A DNA stretch of 64,000 bases, taken from assembly GCA_951406725.2 (NCBI GenBank), contig OX597815.1:214706001-214770000 (forward strand), given 5' to 3'. This document shows positions 36,252 through 49,413 of the stretch, in pieces. Position 1 is the stretch's first letter; every line of letters begins with the position of its first letter. The notes under the pieces are model-generated. The model saw only the letters and a program-made list of their open reading frames with translations. It was not told where the DNA came from and made no database searches. This DNA comes from Octopus vulgaris (lineage: Eukaryota). The position numbers were made by a program, and so were the translations under genes.

Positions 36252-37787
36252 ATTTACATTATTGACATTTGATGGATATTTGTCCTCATCTTTTTTGTTG
36301 TTAAGGTATTTTTCGATGTTATTATTATTATTCAGGTCCCTGTCTAGAATTGAACTCAGAATCTTGGGGTTAGTAGCCCACACTCTAAACCACTATGCCA
36401 TATGTGGGTAATTATGGAGTGAATTTTAGGGCTTATAAATCTAATATTTTCCTATCCTTCCTTAATGCCGGTTCCCATATGCTATTCATATCTGCATTCA
36501 GTCTGCTTAGGAGGTTGTTGTGTTCTAACATATGTACTGTTTCTTTGAGTTTTCATACTTTCCACTGGTGTTCTCCTTCATCTCACAGGGGGAGGTGCTC
36601 TCCATTTTTCCATACATGATCAGCTATACCCAACTTATCAATATCTTCTCATGTCACAGCTTTGCGATGTTCATCTACCCTTATTTTAAGGGGTCAACAT
36701 GTTTCGCCTTTGTATAACCTACCACAGCTGCATGGGATGGAGTACACACAGTTTTTGATCATATTCTCTTCTATTGGTAGTTTTACTCAAAGGAGATATT
36801 TGCGAAGTGTTGTATTACTCTTGAATGCTGTCCTGATGTCATATGGGCTGCATACCTTTTGTCTCTTTTCAGAGAGGCCTTTCACATAAGGTGGATTGTC
36901 TGAGGACAGTTTATTGGTTTCATCCTCTCTTTTCTTTTCAATTGGAGTGGATAGAATGCTTTTGGGGTAGTTGTTACTTAATAGATTGTTACTGAGCTTC
37001 ATCATTTCTTCATGGTGGGTATCACAATCGCTACTTATATTCTTTGCTCAATGCTTTAGGCACTGAGAAATCCCTCAATGCTTTAGGCACTGAGAAATCC
37101 CAATGATATTAATACGCCCAGGAAATCTAGCTGATTGTCTTTTTCCTTTTCCCCTGTGAACTGTATGGATGACTTTATTGAGTTCACATGATCTAACAGC
37201 ACTTGGACATCTTCCTAGTGGGGTCAGAGTATAAAGCTGCTGTCAACATATTGCGGCCATAGGGTTGGTTTTAGTGGTGTTGATCCGAAAGCCAAATTCT
37301 CAAAGTATTCCTTGTATATATTGGCTATTATCGGTGATAATGGCAAACACATAGCTAAACCCTCTTCTTGTCGATATATATCAGCGTCCATACTGAAGTA
37401 GATAATTTCTACACAGAAGGTCAACATCTCCATCAGGTTTCTTATTGGTATACTAGTGCGTTCTTTTAGATGGGTGTCTCTATCACTAGTTTCTTTTGAA
37501 TCACCGATAGTACTTCACTAGCTGGGACTTTGGTGAACAGACTTATCACATCTAGACTCACTATCTGGTTGGATTCAATGGGAGTATCCTTGATCAATTC
37601 TGTGAAGGAAAAATACTTTAGGAATGAGAACCCAAGTTCGAAATTTCCCCCATGACACCTGATGAAAGCTGTGGGGTACATCAGTCGAAACATTGTGTTA
37701 ACAACAAACAAGATGAGGACAAATATCCATCAAATGTAAATAATATAGATAATGTACATAATTCCTCATCTCTTAAATATGGAACCG
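36252..37787 (-). mobile_element. Penelope-like element (RT + GIY-YIG, decayed) with an inverted terminal repeat, nested in a family A SINE
   Basis: Minus-strand ORF pieces: SLDVISLFTKVP; YRQEEGLAMCLPLSPIIANIY..WPQYVD; PYVKGLSEK..AFKSNTTL; VYSIPCSCGRLYKGET. The 3' region (36252-36402, minus) is repeated inverted at ~37610-37787. TSD ATAGAATAACT on both sides. Confidence 0.9.
37654..37699 (+). ncRNA. minimal type I hammerhead motif in the PLE terminal repeat
   Basis: GACAC-CTGATGA-A-AGCTG..CAGTC-GAAA-CA-TT-GTGTT. The core is intact, but helix III shows CG>CA decay. Confidence 0.75.
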
Positions 37788-37971
37788 AATAGAATAACTT
37801 CTAGACTTACAAAATAAGTACTTGGGTTGATATGTTAGACTGAACCTTTAAAGTTGATGCCCCAGCATGGCCACAGTTCAGTGATTGAAATGTGTGAAAG
37901 ATAAAAGATATTCGTGTGTGTGTGTGTGTCTGGTTCACAATTGTTAACTGTAGATATTCAGTGATTTACTC

Positions 37972-38365
37972 TCTTTACTCTTACTCTTTTACTTGTTTCA
38001 GTCATTTGACTGTGGCCATGCTGGAGCACTGCCTTTAGTCGAGCAAATCGACCCCAGGACTTTTTCTTTGTAACCCTAGTATTTATTCTATTGGTCTCTT
38101 TTGCCAAACCGCTAAGTTATGGGGATGTAAACACACCAGCATCGGTTGTCAAGCGATGCTGGGGGGACAAACAAAAACACACACACACACACACATACAT
38201 ATATAAGACGGGCTTCTTTCAGTTTCCGTCTACCAAATCCACTCACAAGGCTTTGGTCGACCCGAGGCTATAGTAGAAGACACTTACCCAAGGTGCCACG
38301 CAGTGGGACTGAACCCGGAACCATGTGGTTGGTAAGCAAGCTACTTACCACACAGCCACTCCTAC
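37972..38365 (-). mobile_element. SINE family A, full length, young
   Basis: Near-exact reverse complement of 16502-16885. Confidence 0.9.
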
Positions 38366-38610
38366 GACAATATCTTGTCTCTTCTTGTTTAGCTCATCTT
38401 CCCCTACAGCACAAATCCCTGCTCCATGCACACACACATACACACTCTACACTGAAACGTACTAAAGACTTGGAAACATGTCATTGCCACCAACAACAAC
38501 AACATATGTAGATGCATACATGTTGTGATATTTCTTGTGCGTTAGTGTTATAAATGAAATTACACAGCTTGACATGAGCTGACCTGTTTTCTTTGGTACT
38601 CAACATGTAC

Positions 38611-38647
<37 letters not shown>

Positions 38648-39252
38648 GCATGTATTTATAGATATAATCATAAATACATTTATACAATCTATTTGCTTAT
38701 GCTTACATGAGTATGTACACATGCATATCTCTCTCTCTCTCACATGCACAGTTTATATGTATATATATATATGTGTATACACACACACACACACACACGT
38801 GTGTGTGCCAACACACTTTTCAGTGCACTTGCTTGGCATATAAGAAGATAAGAGCAGCTCAGTCATGAAGCACTGGGTCACTGACCATAGAACTAACTGG
38901 TAGCTAATCTACCATCTATACCGTGATCAAATCCTCCATCAAAACGCTAGTAACAGGTTAAACTCTTGACTATCCTTTCTTCTTTGCTAATTGCTGGGTG
39001 GAGGTGCATATATCAAATATCTTAGATTATCCACAGAGATTGTGGTTTGTTGACAATAACAGTGAGTTCATTTTACTTTTTTTCAAATGGTAGGTCATGA
39101 ATAAATATATGTACTACAAATTGTGATCTCATTCATAGGTATTTAGTCTAGATGTGAAACCAAGCCTATGAGGACAGAGGTGGGGCTTTATTTGCTGCTT
39201 GTGTTAGGGATTGAACTGGATAGGGCTTCGTTATTATTTAAGAATTTGTTAA

Positions 39253-39471
39253 CCCTTTAGCGTTCAGATTACTCCGTCAAATGTAATGCCTATTTATTCA
39301 CATTGTTTTAAAATGACATGTATTAACTTGTAGCTTTGAGATTTCAATGATGTGATTGTTTATTTTTAAAATGACATTGTAGGGTGAGTGTGAGAAGCTG
39401 GATCTGGTCAGTTTGAACATAGAACAGGTAGAATACTTTGGCTGGATATGACCAGTTTAAATGCTAAAGGT
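39253..39471. mobile_element. piggyBac-type MITE
   Basis: TTAA-CCCTTTAGCGTTCA ... TAAATGCTAAAGGT-TTAA. Confidence 0.8.
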
Positions 39472-41047
39472 TTAAGGTGATAAGCTGGTGGAATCATTAC
39501 CATGCTAGACAAAATGCTTAGAAGCTTTTCTTCTTTACATTCTGAGTTCAAATGCCAGCAAGGTTGAATTTGCCTTTCATCCTTTCGGGGTCAGTAGAAT
39601 AAGGCACCAGTTGAGTACTGGAGTTGATGTAATTGACTTCCCCCTCAAAATTACTGCCTTGTGCCAAAATTAGAAAGGATTATTTAAGAATTCATTGAGA
39701 TTTCTTCACCTCTCCCTTTGTATTAGCTCTAATTCTCTGTGTTATAAGTTCAAATCTGACTGGGGTCAACTTTATCTTTCATCCTTCCAGGTTCACTAAA
39801 AAATACCTCTGGATGAGCAGAGCTGGAAGAAGAACAGATATAATGTTTTATTTACTCTGGTTCTTTATGTTCTGAGACCAAATCCTGGCATGGCCACCCA
39901 ATCCTACTTGTGTGGTAGACTTAATCCACCACCCAGTTTAATATAAACACCTTCCTTGCATCTTGGGTGCCTTTAGTAGAGACCATTCTGTTTTCTAGTG
40001 TCAGGATATCTTCCTCCGTTCTCTCATCGGTCTTAGAGGCCCTCTAAAAAATCATGAGCACTGCTTTCTGCTCATTACTTTAAAAATAAAAGAAAAACTA
40101 TCAATGATAGCAACTGAAAGCTATTGATTGTTAACTCTATCAGCACCTAGCACAAGAAAATAACTAGTGTCTATATCTAAGCTCCACACCCAGAACATAA
40201 TATAGGTGCAGGCATGTCTGTATGGTAAGAAGTTTGCCTATTCGTAGATGGTGAGCTGGCAGAAACATTAGCACACCAGGGGAAATGCTTAGCAGCATTT
40301 CGTCTGCCCTTATGTTCTGAACCAGCCAAAGCTTGGTGAGTGGATTTGCAAGGCAGAAACTGAAAGAAGCTTGTCACTTGTGTGTGTGTGTGTGCGAGCG
40401 TGTGTGTGTGTGTGTGCGAGCGTGTGTGCATGCGTGTGTGGATGCGTGCGTGTGTTGGTTCAAAAATTACATAGAAGGATAACAAAGGAACACATGGACA
40501 AGATCTGTACCTGCTCATCCTTCATCAGTTCTTATCCAAAAATCATAACAATTTTGTGCCTTTAACAATTAGGTTGTTTGTTTTGGTGGCATCAACAACA
40601 ACAACAACAAATGAGTGAACAGAGAGGATGGGGACAAAAATAAACAAACAAAAGACAAAAACAGAGTAAGACAAGACAGAAAATAATACAGGGAGTTGGT
40701 GTGTATAAAATATACACATACAAATACAAGCCTTATGGCCATGAGACAGCATTGAGACAGCATTGAGACAACACTTTGATATGCATTTGCGGTTCTTTGT
40801 GTTGACCTAGTAAAATCATTGTAAAAAAGCAGAACTGCCATGGAAGTGGGGTGCACAGGGCATTCATTTCCAGTCTTCTGTAAAAACATGCCTGCTTATG
40901 GGGAAATATCACCTTGCTTGGTAACAGGTGAGGTTTGGCAACAAGAAGGGCATCCAGATGTAGAAAATCTGCTTCAATGAATCCCAGCTGACACATGCAA
41001 ACATAGAAAAGAAGACATTAAAAGAATGTTGATATATATATATATAT

Positions 41048-41305
41048 GTGCAGGCGTGTGGCTTAGTGGTTAGGGTGTCAGCATCATGATCGTAAGGTTG
41101 TGGTTTCGATTCCTGGACCGGGCGATGCATTGTGTTCTTGAGCAAAACACTTCATTTCACGTTGCTCCAGTCCACTCAGCTGGCAAAAATGAGTAACGCT
41201 GCGATGGACTGGCGTCCCGTCCAGCTGGGGAACACATACGCCATAGAAACAGAGAAACTGGGCCCATGAGCCTGGCTAGGCTTTAAAAGGGTGCATTTAT
41301 TATTT
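41048..41305 (+). mobile_element. SINE family B variant
   Basis: TGGCTTAGTGGTTAGGG A-box, GGTTTCGATTCCT B-box, then CTTGAGCAAAACACTT and GCGATGGACTGGCGTCCCGTCCAG. Confidence 0.85.
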
Positions 41306-41818
41306 TTATATATGTCTGTGTGTGTATGTATGTACCATATATAACATCTATATATGCAATTATATAAAATACTCACACACACACATTGATATTATCATGT
41401 TATTGAGCAATTCTAAATTTATATGATTTTTAGAAACATATAGAGTAGAATTAATCCGTTTAATGGATAAGTGAAGGAATTTGTGACATTTTAAAATAAT
41501 TATATTCTTGATTTAATTAATTTTCAATATGTCCACAGTAATTACATATAAAAGCTGGGTGTGAATGTGAAGTTATAAAAACACAATTTGCAGCTGATTT
41601 TGAGCTAACCAGAACCACATCAGCTTATCCTAGAATAAAGTTGAAGTAATTATTAAGAAACAGTTACAATAAACTTTTTGATTGATAGTTTCCAAATGTT
41701 TTTTATAGAATATTTTTGCCCCATACTGAAGTTATACAAATTTGTAATTTAAAATTGCACAGGGTCATTATAATAACCTCGTGTTTGTGTATGTGTGTGT
41801 GTATACATATACATACAT

Positions 41819-41849
<31 letters not shown>

Positions 41850-41894
41850 CCATATATATATATACATACATATATATGCATATATCATACACAT

Positions 41895-41925
<31 letters not shown>

Positions 41926-41934
41926 CATATATAT

Positions 41935-42330
41935 AGGCGCAAGAGTGACTGTGTGGCAAGTAGCTTGCTTACCAACCACACAGTTCCGGGTTCAGTCCCA
42001 CTGCATGGCACCTTGGGCAAGTGTCTTCTACTATAGCCGCGGGCCGACCAAAGCCTTGTAAGTGGATTTGGTAGACAGAAACTGAAAGAAACTGGTAGTA
42101 TATATTTATATGTATATGTGTGTGTGTGTGTGTTTGTGTTTGTCCCCTCCAGCATCGCTTTACAACTGATGCTGGTGTATTTATGTCCCCGTAACTTAGC
42201 AGTTCAGCAAAAGAGACTGATAAAATAAGTACTAGGCTTACAAAGAATAAGGCCTGGGGTTGATTTCCTCGAGTAAAGGCGGTGCCCCAGCATGGCCTCT
42301 GTCAAATAACTGAAACAAGTAAAAGAGTAA
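41935..42330 (+). mobile_element. SINE family A, full length
   Basis: Colinear with the consensus. Confidence 0.9.
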
Positions 42331-42500
42331 TACACACACACACACACAAACACACACATATGTTTGTGTGTGCACATGTTATTTAGACATTTTTCATTTA
42401 TTTATATTTTGACACATTGTGGTCATTGTGTTTTAAAGTTTTGGTGGGGTTTTTTTTGCAAGTGAATAAAGAAATTAATATTTCTTATCACTCATTATTA

Positions 42501-42533
<33 letters not shown>

Positions 42534-43004
42534 GTTATTATTGTTATTAAACAATGTTTCTCACTAATCTCGCTGCTACAATTGGGAATTAAGCAAACTC
42601 AATACGATGTAGATGAAAAACAAATAAAGATAATGTCAACTGTTTGAATTCACAACAAAGTTAACTTTGATAGCATATACCTACCGCAAACACACATTTT
42701 AGGAAGGGAGGGAGGGTCCCTTCTTATCAAATTTAAACAAAATAGGGCAAGATAAGTAGCATAGCTTGATAAAAGAGATTTCGGTAAAAATATAACCGGT
42801 GTAAATTTACAGAAATATTTTTGGAAGAAAATCTATAGATTTATTAAAGTAATTTAAGACATTAAAAGATTTTTTCCTCCTGTTTAGGTTCCATTAGTTG
42901 TGAAGTTGGAAGCATTTTTTTTATTTGTTAGTTATTTTTTTATTTTTATATAATTTCAAATCCTTTTTATTAGCCAAAATAGGGGGCAGCAAAAATTGTT
43001 CATT

Positions 43005-43380
43005 TAGGCTATGTGGTTAAGAAGTTTGCATTGCAGCCACATGGCTTTGAGTTCAATCCCAATGTGCAGCACCCTGGTCAATTATCTTCTACTATAGACC
43101 CAGGCCAACCAAAGCCTTGTGAATGAAATTGGTTGATGGAAACTGTGTGGAAGCCTAACGTGTGTGTGTTTGTCTGTGTTTGTCCTTCACCCACTGCTTG
43201 ACAACCTTTGTTGGTTTGTTTATATCTCTGTAATCTAGCAGTTCAGCAAAAGAGACATATAGAAATAACTACCAAACTTAAAAAGTAAGTTCTGAGATTG
43301 ATTTGTTCAACTAAAACCTTTCAAAGCAGTGTCTCAGCTTGGTTGCAGTCCAATGATTGAAACAAGTAAACAATAAAAGA
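43005..43380 (+). mobile_element. SINE family A, older subfamily
   Basis: Diverged but colinear. Confidence 0.75.
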
Positions 43381-43539
43381 TGTAGTGAACTCTTTCTTTT
43401 TTTTACTTTCAAACCAACTCTTTGATCAAACTATTTGTTTTCTCTTTATGAGGCACTATCTTCAAAGAAACAGCTAGCTTAAACAATCCTGCTAATTGTA
43501 GATTGGTATCCTAAGAGTGGCAATGAAATTTGTTTTGTG

Positions 43540-44998
43540 GGTACAAACTCAAGGACTGAAACCACCCAGGTGTTGATAGCTTCGATCTTATTCTGTCCAT
43601 TTAATTTCAACTTAAGGATCAGGATCAGTCTGAGCAAGTACTGCACCTTAAATTTTTGTCATTTCTTTCTCCATCAATTTATCCATTTCCCAAATCCTTA
43701 AGTACTTATAGCCTGTCTCTTCTATCTGCTTCATAACCTCCCCCAACAGTATCGTTAGCCCATCCATACATTTGATTTTGCCTCTCTTGAAGACTAATAC
43801 ACCACACTTTCACAGTCCAAACTCTATTCTGATATTAGCACTGAAGGTATACACTGTATCAATGAGGAAACTGACTTGGGTTTCATCTTTATCATAAACT
43901 TTGATGTCATCCATGAATAACAAATGGTTGACGTTTTGTTGGCGACTTTTGAATAAATACCCAACTTTTGCTTTCCTCAGAATCAGTGTTAGTGGTATCA
44001 AGCACAGTACAAAGATCAGTGGGGACAGGCAGTTCCCTTGGAAGATGCCCCTCCTAATTTCTACTGTCCCTAAACTTCTTCCGTATGGTGTGAGGTCCGT
44101 CCTCCAATTCGCCATACTTTTTCCAAGTAATCGCTCAACATTCAATGCAATACCAAATAGGTTCAAACATTCCATAATCCAAGAGTGTGGGAGCATATCA
44201 TACGCCTTACAATAGTCGATCCACGACATGGCTAAGTTACTTTTCCTCCTCTTGTAGTCTCTAAGTACAGTTTTGTCAATCAGGAGTAGATCCTTGGTAC
44301 CTCTGCACTTACGCTTGCAACCCTTCTGCTCGTGTGGCTGGACTCCATTTTTTTTCCAGATGTTTGTACATTGACTCTGCGAGTATTCCAGTCAATAACT
44401 ACCACATGAGTAGCAAACAGGATATCAGCCTGTAATTGCCTACCATATTGCCTTTTTCAATGTTTTTCTAGCACGGCACTGTCCTACCAAATGTCAACCA
44501 CTCTGGTGTTACTTGGTTGGTGTTCAGTTGTGTGGCTATTAGTGCATGACATTCACCAAATCTTTTGATCCAGTACCCTTGAACTCCATCTGGTCCTGGG
44601 CCCTTCCAGTTGCTAATTTTTTTGCTGATTTCCTTCACTTCTCTAACTGAAATGACTAGTTCTGCCTGTTTTGGACAGACTACTGTTTGTTTCAGTTCTT
44701 GCAACCATTCAGCATCCTTCTTGTGCTCCTTGTCTTTGCTCCAGATGTCACTCCAAAACCTTTGACTTTCATTGTTATCTGGTATCAACTTTTCACCTGT
44801 ACACTCTCCACTTATTTCTTTATAAAATCTCTTCTGATCTACTCTGAATAACCTATTCTGGTGGTAACCCTTCATTCTTCGGTAGTATCTTACCATCTTT
44901 CCTTTCTTTGCCATGAGGCTCTGTTTCAGTTCCTCTATTACTACTTTCAGGCCCTTTCTTTCAATATTATCCTTTCTTTTCAGCGCCCTGTAGAAAGG
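43540..44998 (-). mobile_element. R4/Dong-clade non-LTR retrotransposon fragment (RT region)
   Basis: NWKGPGPDGVQGYWIKRF; [20 protein letters not shown]; [22 protein letters not shown]; [12 protein letters not shown]; LNGQNKIEAINTW. Its 5' junction abuts an (AAT/AAC)n run. Confidence 0.9.
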
Positions 44999-47004
44999 AT
45001 TATTATTATCATTATTATTATTATTATTATTATTATTGTTGTTGTTGTTATTATCACCACCATATTTGTACATCATTTAAATCAGATAACTCTAATAATA
45101 GAAAAGTAATGTTTCAAATCAGTTCAAAAATGTCTCTATGCTTGTTCGTTTTAGCAGTGAAGCTTTTCAGGATGATGTTCAAAGTGTTTTCATTGCCCCC
45201 AACCCCTATGAGTGGTATCTATTTTATCAAATCCCTAAAAGTTTACCCTAGCAGGATTTGATCCCAGAAAGTAAAGGAGGCAATTCTGCATATATCTATA
45301 GATCAATACTTGGACACATCATCAGTATTGTTTTCTGAGGTCACTGATTGTTTCAGGTTTTACATGCTCCCTCACCCAGGCAACCTAACCTTGGTTGACC
45401 AACCCTAGACCTGTGTCCAAGGAACATTCTACTGACCCCATAGATCATCTCTTTTCTGCCTGAACTAAAACATCTTGTCAATTATTCTACCAATTCTGTC
45501 TACTATAACCACTATAAAGAGAGAGGATATTTTGGAAGCATTTATTTTGTTATTGTTTAGCCCCAGGTTAGTCAGATCAAGCTGACCTGTGATCAAAAAC
45601 ATTCCAGCCATACCAGTTTGATCTTCTTGCCAGACAGTTACCCTGAACAACATCAGCATTTTGTTTTTCTTCCCTCGATGCAGTGGAGCAGGTATGGGCA
45701 TCTTTTTATGAGATGTGGGCTCCATAAGAGATGGTTCATCATCAGGTGGGCCACACTACTAAAATACATTCAAGGTAATTGTTTGTTGGTGTGCTATTCA
45801 GAAAATCCTACATGTGGGTTGTGGAATACAGTTTGTCAGTGACTGGAGTAGAGTATCATTTGAGGAAGATTTATCTCTGCTGCTGTGTACAGATGGTCAA
45901 GCAACCACATTGCAGCTCAGCTCCCTTGCTGAGTTACAAGATAAATTATGCTGCCAAAAACCAAAATCTGATAAACAACTAGGATGGGAATCAAAATTAC
46001 GAAATAAATCATAACTACCTACAATATTGTTGTTGTTTAGCAACAAGACAGGTAAGGGTGATTAGGTGATGGTCTAGGGTTTAAGGACGGGAGACCCCTG
46101 ACCTTGGAAAAAAAAAAACTTTGGTCGTCTTGTTGTAGTCGAGGGCTCTTCATTGACGCCCGGCACCACTGGGAGGTGGCCCTCAAAGTCGCTGGAAATG
46201 GAGATCTCCAGGTCCAAATTCTTGAACGGCTACCTACATTATTGAAACGTGTGTGTGTAGATAGATATATAGACAGACATATACGTAACACCAAGAACAC
46301 GTACTGATTAATATACATAAACCAAACATCAAACAACAATAATATAGAACATCAGAAACTTATCAATACTGCATAAAACTAGTGAGAGAGACATCAGTAA
46401 CACCTAAACATCAGAACACATCAGTAACAGCTGAACACATCATTAACACCTTAATACATTGCTAACACCTTAACACATCTATAGTAGGCCTACACTATGA
46501 TAATTTGGATGTCTCATCTCATAAGTGCAATTGGTCCCTAATTCGCACTCATCTGAGATTTTGTCATTCTGGTGTTTGTCAAACTTAAATTTCTGCAGAT
46601 AAGCCCAGATCTTCCTAAGATTTTCTTTAAACCTTTTAAGAACTAATCACAAGATATCTAGTGTCAACTAAGATATTGTTGCGCCCTGATAACAAAATAG
46701 TATTTGCAAAAAAAAAAAATGCTCACTGACAGCTACAAAGATATCTTGAGATTGCAACTTTCTATATTTCTTTATAAAACTTTATTTTATTGGTTTATAT
46801 ATTTAGTTACCATAGAAATTTTCCATGTTGGCCAATCCAAAAGCATTTTACAATTACTATTAGTAACTTATGGTGTGTGCATATTTAGTACCTAATAGGT
46901 ATTTTGAGGTTTTTGTTTTGTATTTATGGTTTTATTTTTTAAACAAAATAATGCAGGCTACACACCAACTTGTTTTAAAGACACATGAATTCTCTCTCTC
47001 TCTC

Positions 47005-47205
47005 TTTTATCTCTTTTACTTGTTTCAGTCATTTGACTGTGGCCATGCTGGAGCACCACCTTAAGTTGTGCAAATTGACCCCAGGACTTATTCTTTGGAA
47101 GCCTAGTACTTATTCTATTGGTCTCTTTTGCCGAACCGCTAAGTTACGGGGGCGTAAACACACCACCATCGGTTGTCAAGCGATGTTGGTGGGACAAACA
47201 GACAC
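47005..47205 (-). mobile_element. SINE family A, 3' half
   Basis: Reverse-complement match. Confidence 0.85.
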
Positions 47206-47679
47206 CCTTTTTGCTTCACACCCTTCATCTGATCCCCAACTTGGAATACCCTATCTGCCTATATATACTTATTGTCTTTGAAGCTATAACCTCTTAAAAA
47301 TAACAGCAGCTCTTGCATAAGTTTCCTGTAAATCATTAAAAGATAAATATGTTTGTTTTTTTATTTTGTGTGTTTTCTGGACCAACAGGTAGAGCTAATG
47401 TCTTTTTTGTTTTGGGGGTTTTTTTAAAAATTTTATATGTATATATGTTGAACCATTAATCCCTAGACACTTTTTTTTCACTCTGCATTTCTTTTTTCAG
47501 TTTCTCTCCTTGTTTTTCCTTTCAATCCTTTCTATTGAAGAGCATAGGCTTGAAACATCAATGACTTTTCCATTCTTCACAAGTGTCAAACTAGTACACC
47601 TGTTTGTTGTTACCACAACTGTCTTCATCTTTTGTTTACGATAAATTTGATATATATATATATATACATATGTACATAT

Positions 47680-47811
47680 GTAGGTAAGTAGGTAGGTAGG
47701 TAGGTAGGCAGGAGAGGCAGGCAGGCAGGCAGATAGGTATGCAGGCAAGCAAGCAGGCAAGCAAGCAGGCAGGCAAGCAGGCTGGTTGGTTGGTTGGTTG
47801 GTTGGTTGGTT
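47680..47811. repeat. compound tetranucleotide microsatellite (GGTA/GGCA/GCAA/GGTT)
   Basis: Directly visible. Confidence 0.95.
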
Positions 47812-48639
47812 TCACAGACTTCCTTCAGTTTCCATCTAACAAGCCCACTCATGAGGCTTTGGTCAGCTCGAAGCTAAAGTAGAAGACACTTGCCCAAAGT
47901 GCCACGCAGCAGGGTAGGATTGAACCCAAGAACACATGGTTGGGATGCAAACTTCTTAACTACACAGCTATGCCTGCACCTGCATATAATATATCAGGGT
48001 TGGGATAATAAACAAGAAACCCCTGTATAAAATGAACTTCTCTCACATTAAATTACTGTTTTTAGGGATTTTATTTTCTCCCCCCAAAATGAAGAAGAGT
48101 AATTTGTAAAACACCTTTTGTTAAAAGGGGTTTCAGAAGCTACATATGATTGAGAACCCCTGATGTTGTTTTTTTTTTTGTGTGTGTGTGTGTGTGTGTT
48201 TGTGTGGATTAAGTGGTTGGTTTTGTTGAATGTGATACTAGGTACAAGATGATGATATTTAATGTTGCTTGTGAATAATTGATTTTGATCAGTGGATTTG
48301 CTTGATGCTTCTCTTAATCTGTTTTTTGTTAAGCTAGGATTCTAGCTTATGAATATGTGGTTGAAGGTAGTATGTTGCTTTTCCATAATATAGATGTAAT
48401 TGCTATCATGTCATCTACATAGAATGCTATGCATTGATAAATCATTATCAAAGGAAAGGAGATCATATATATATATATATATATATTATGTGAAATAGAA
48501 AGATGAATAATTTTGTAGTAGATTAATCAAAAGTTTAACCGATACCTTAGTAGCAAAAATCACAGCAGTAAACAGCACGGTTGGAGGTACAACCATATGG
48601 TGTTGCAACCATGCGTTGGTGCGGATAATTGAAATTAAA

Positions 48640-48824
48640 ACATTATTGGTGAATTGAAGAAATGGAGCTGAACGCAGATTGAACAGAAATCGTTTTATTT
48701 CATTCTACATGTGTTTCGAATCGGATTTTGGTAATTTGTGCCTTTCGAAACACGTGTAGAATGAAATAAAACGATTTCTGTTCAATCTGCGTTCAGCTCC
48801 ATTTCTTCAATTCACCAATAATGT
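48640..48824. repeat. 81-bp inverted repeat with 23-nt spacer (PLE-type fold-back)
   Basis: 48640-48720 pairs with 48744-48824 with one mismatch. The right arm starts TTC-GAAA-CACGTG-TA-GAATG, the 3' half of a hammerhead. Confidence 0.95.
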
Positions 48825-48851
48825 GTTATATATATATATATATATATATAT

Positions 48852-49413
48852 ATAAGATGAGCAAAACGCCCTCCCCCCATCCAATGGACGGTGCTGAATC
48901 ATATCTGCTGAATAAAAAGCAATCGGTGTTTTCTTTTCATTAAAAAATAATTAAGCATGCCTTTATTTCAATAGAATTTTTGGTTTTGTTAAACAAAGCT
49001 AAGACAGAAAAAAAACTTCTTGAGAAACCAAATAGTCTTTCCTTCCTTCATGCCAAGTTTGAAGAAAATATCTCTTTTGCATCTTACTTTTTTGGTCTCT
49101 TAAATATACTGCATTTTGTGGCATTATTTCAAGCCAGCCAGCTTTTTTTTGCGCAAATTGCACATGCATTTTTCTCGCGTACATGTACTATTGATCGCAA
49201 CAGCTGATGTACTTGTGCATACAAATGCATGTTCCCACAGCTTTATTGATCACATTCTCACCTGGAATCGATTTTTGTAATTTTTTCAAGATTTATACAC
49301 GCCCTGATACCATCAGTATATACATATCAAATATGAGCGCAATCGGATGGAGGATGCCCGAGATCCTAGAAGACACACACACAGATGGACAGAATGGATT
49401 TTATATAATAGAT
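48852..49413 (-). mobile_element. non-autonomous Helitron/Helentron-like element
   Basis: The minus strand begins A|TCTATTATATAAAA, then a (CTGT/GT)n tract and CCGATTGCGCTCATATTTG, a layout typical of Lep1/DINE-like rolling-circle derivatives. The 3' end is not clearly canonical. Confidence 0.6.
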
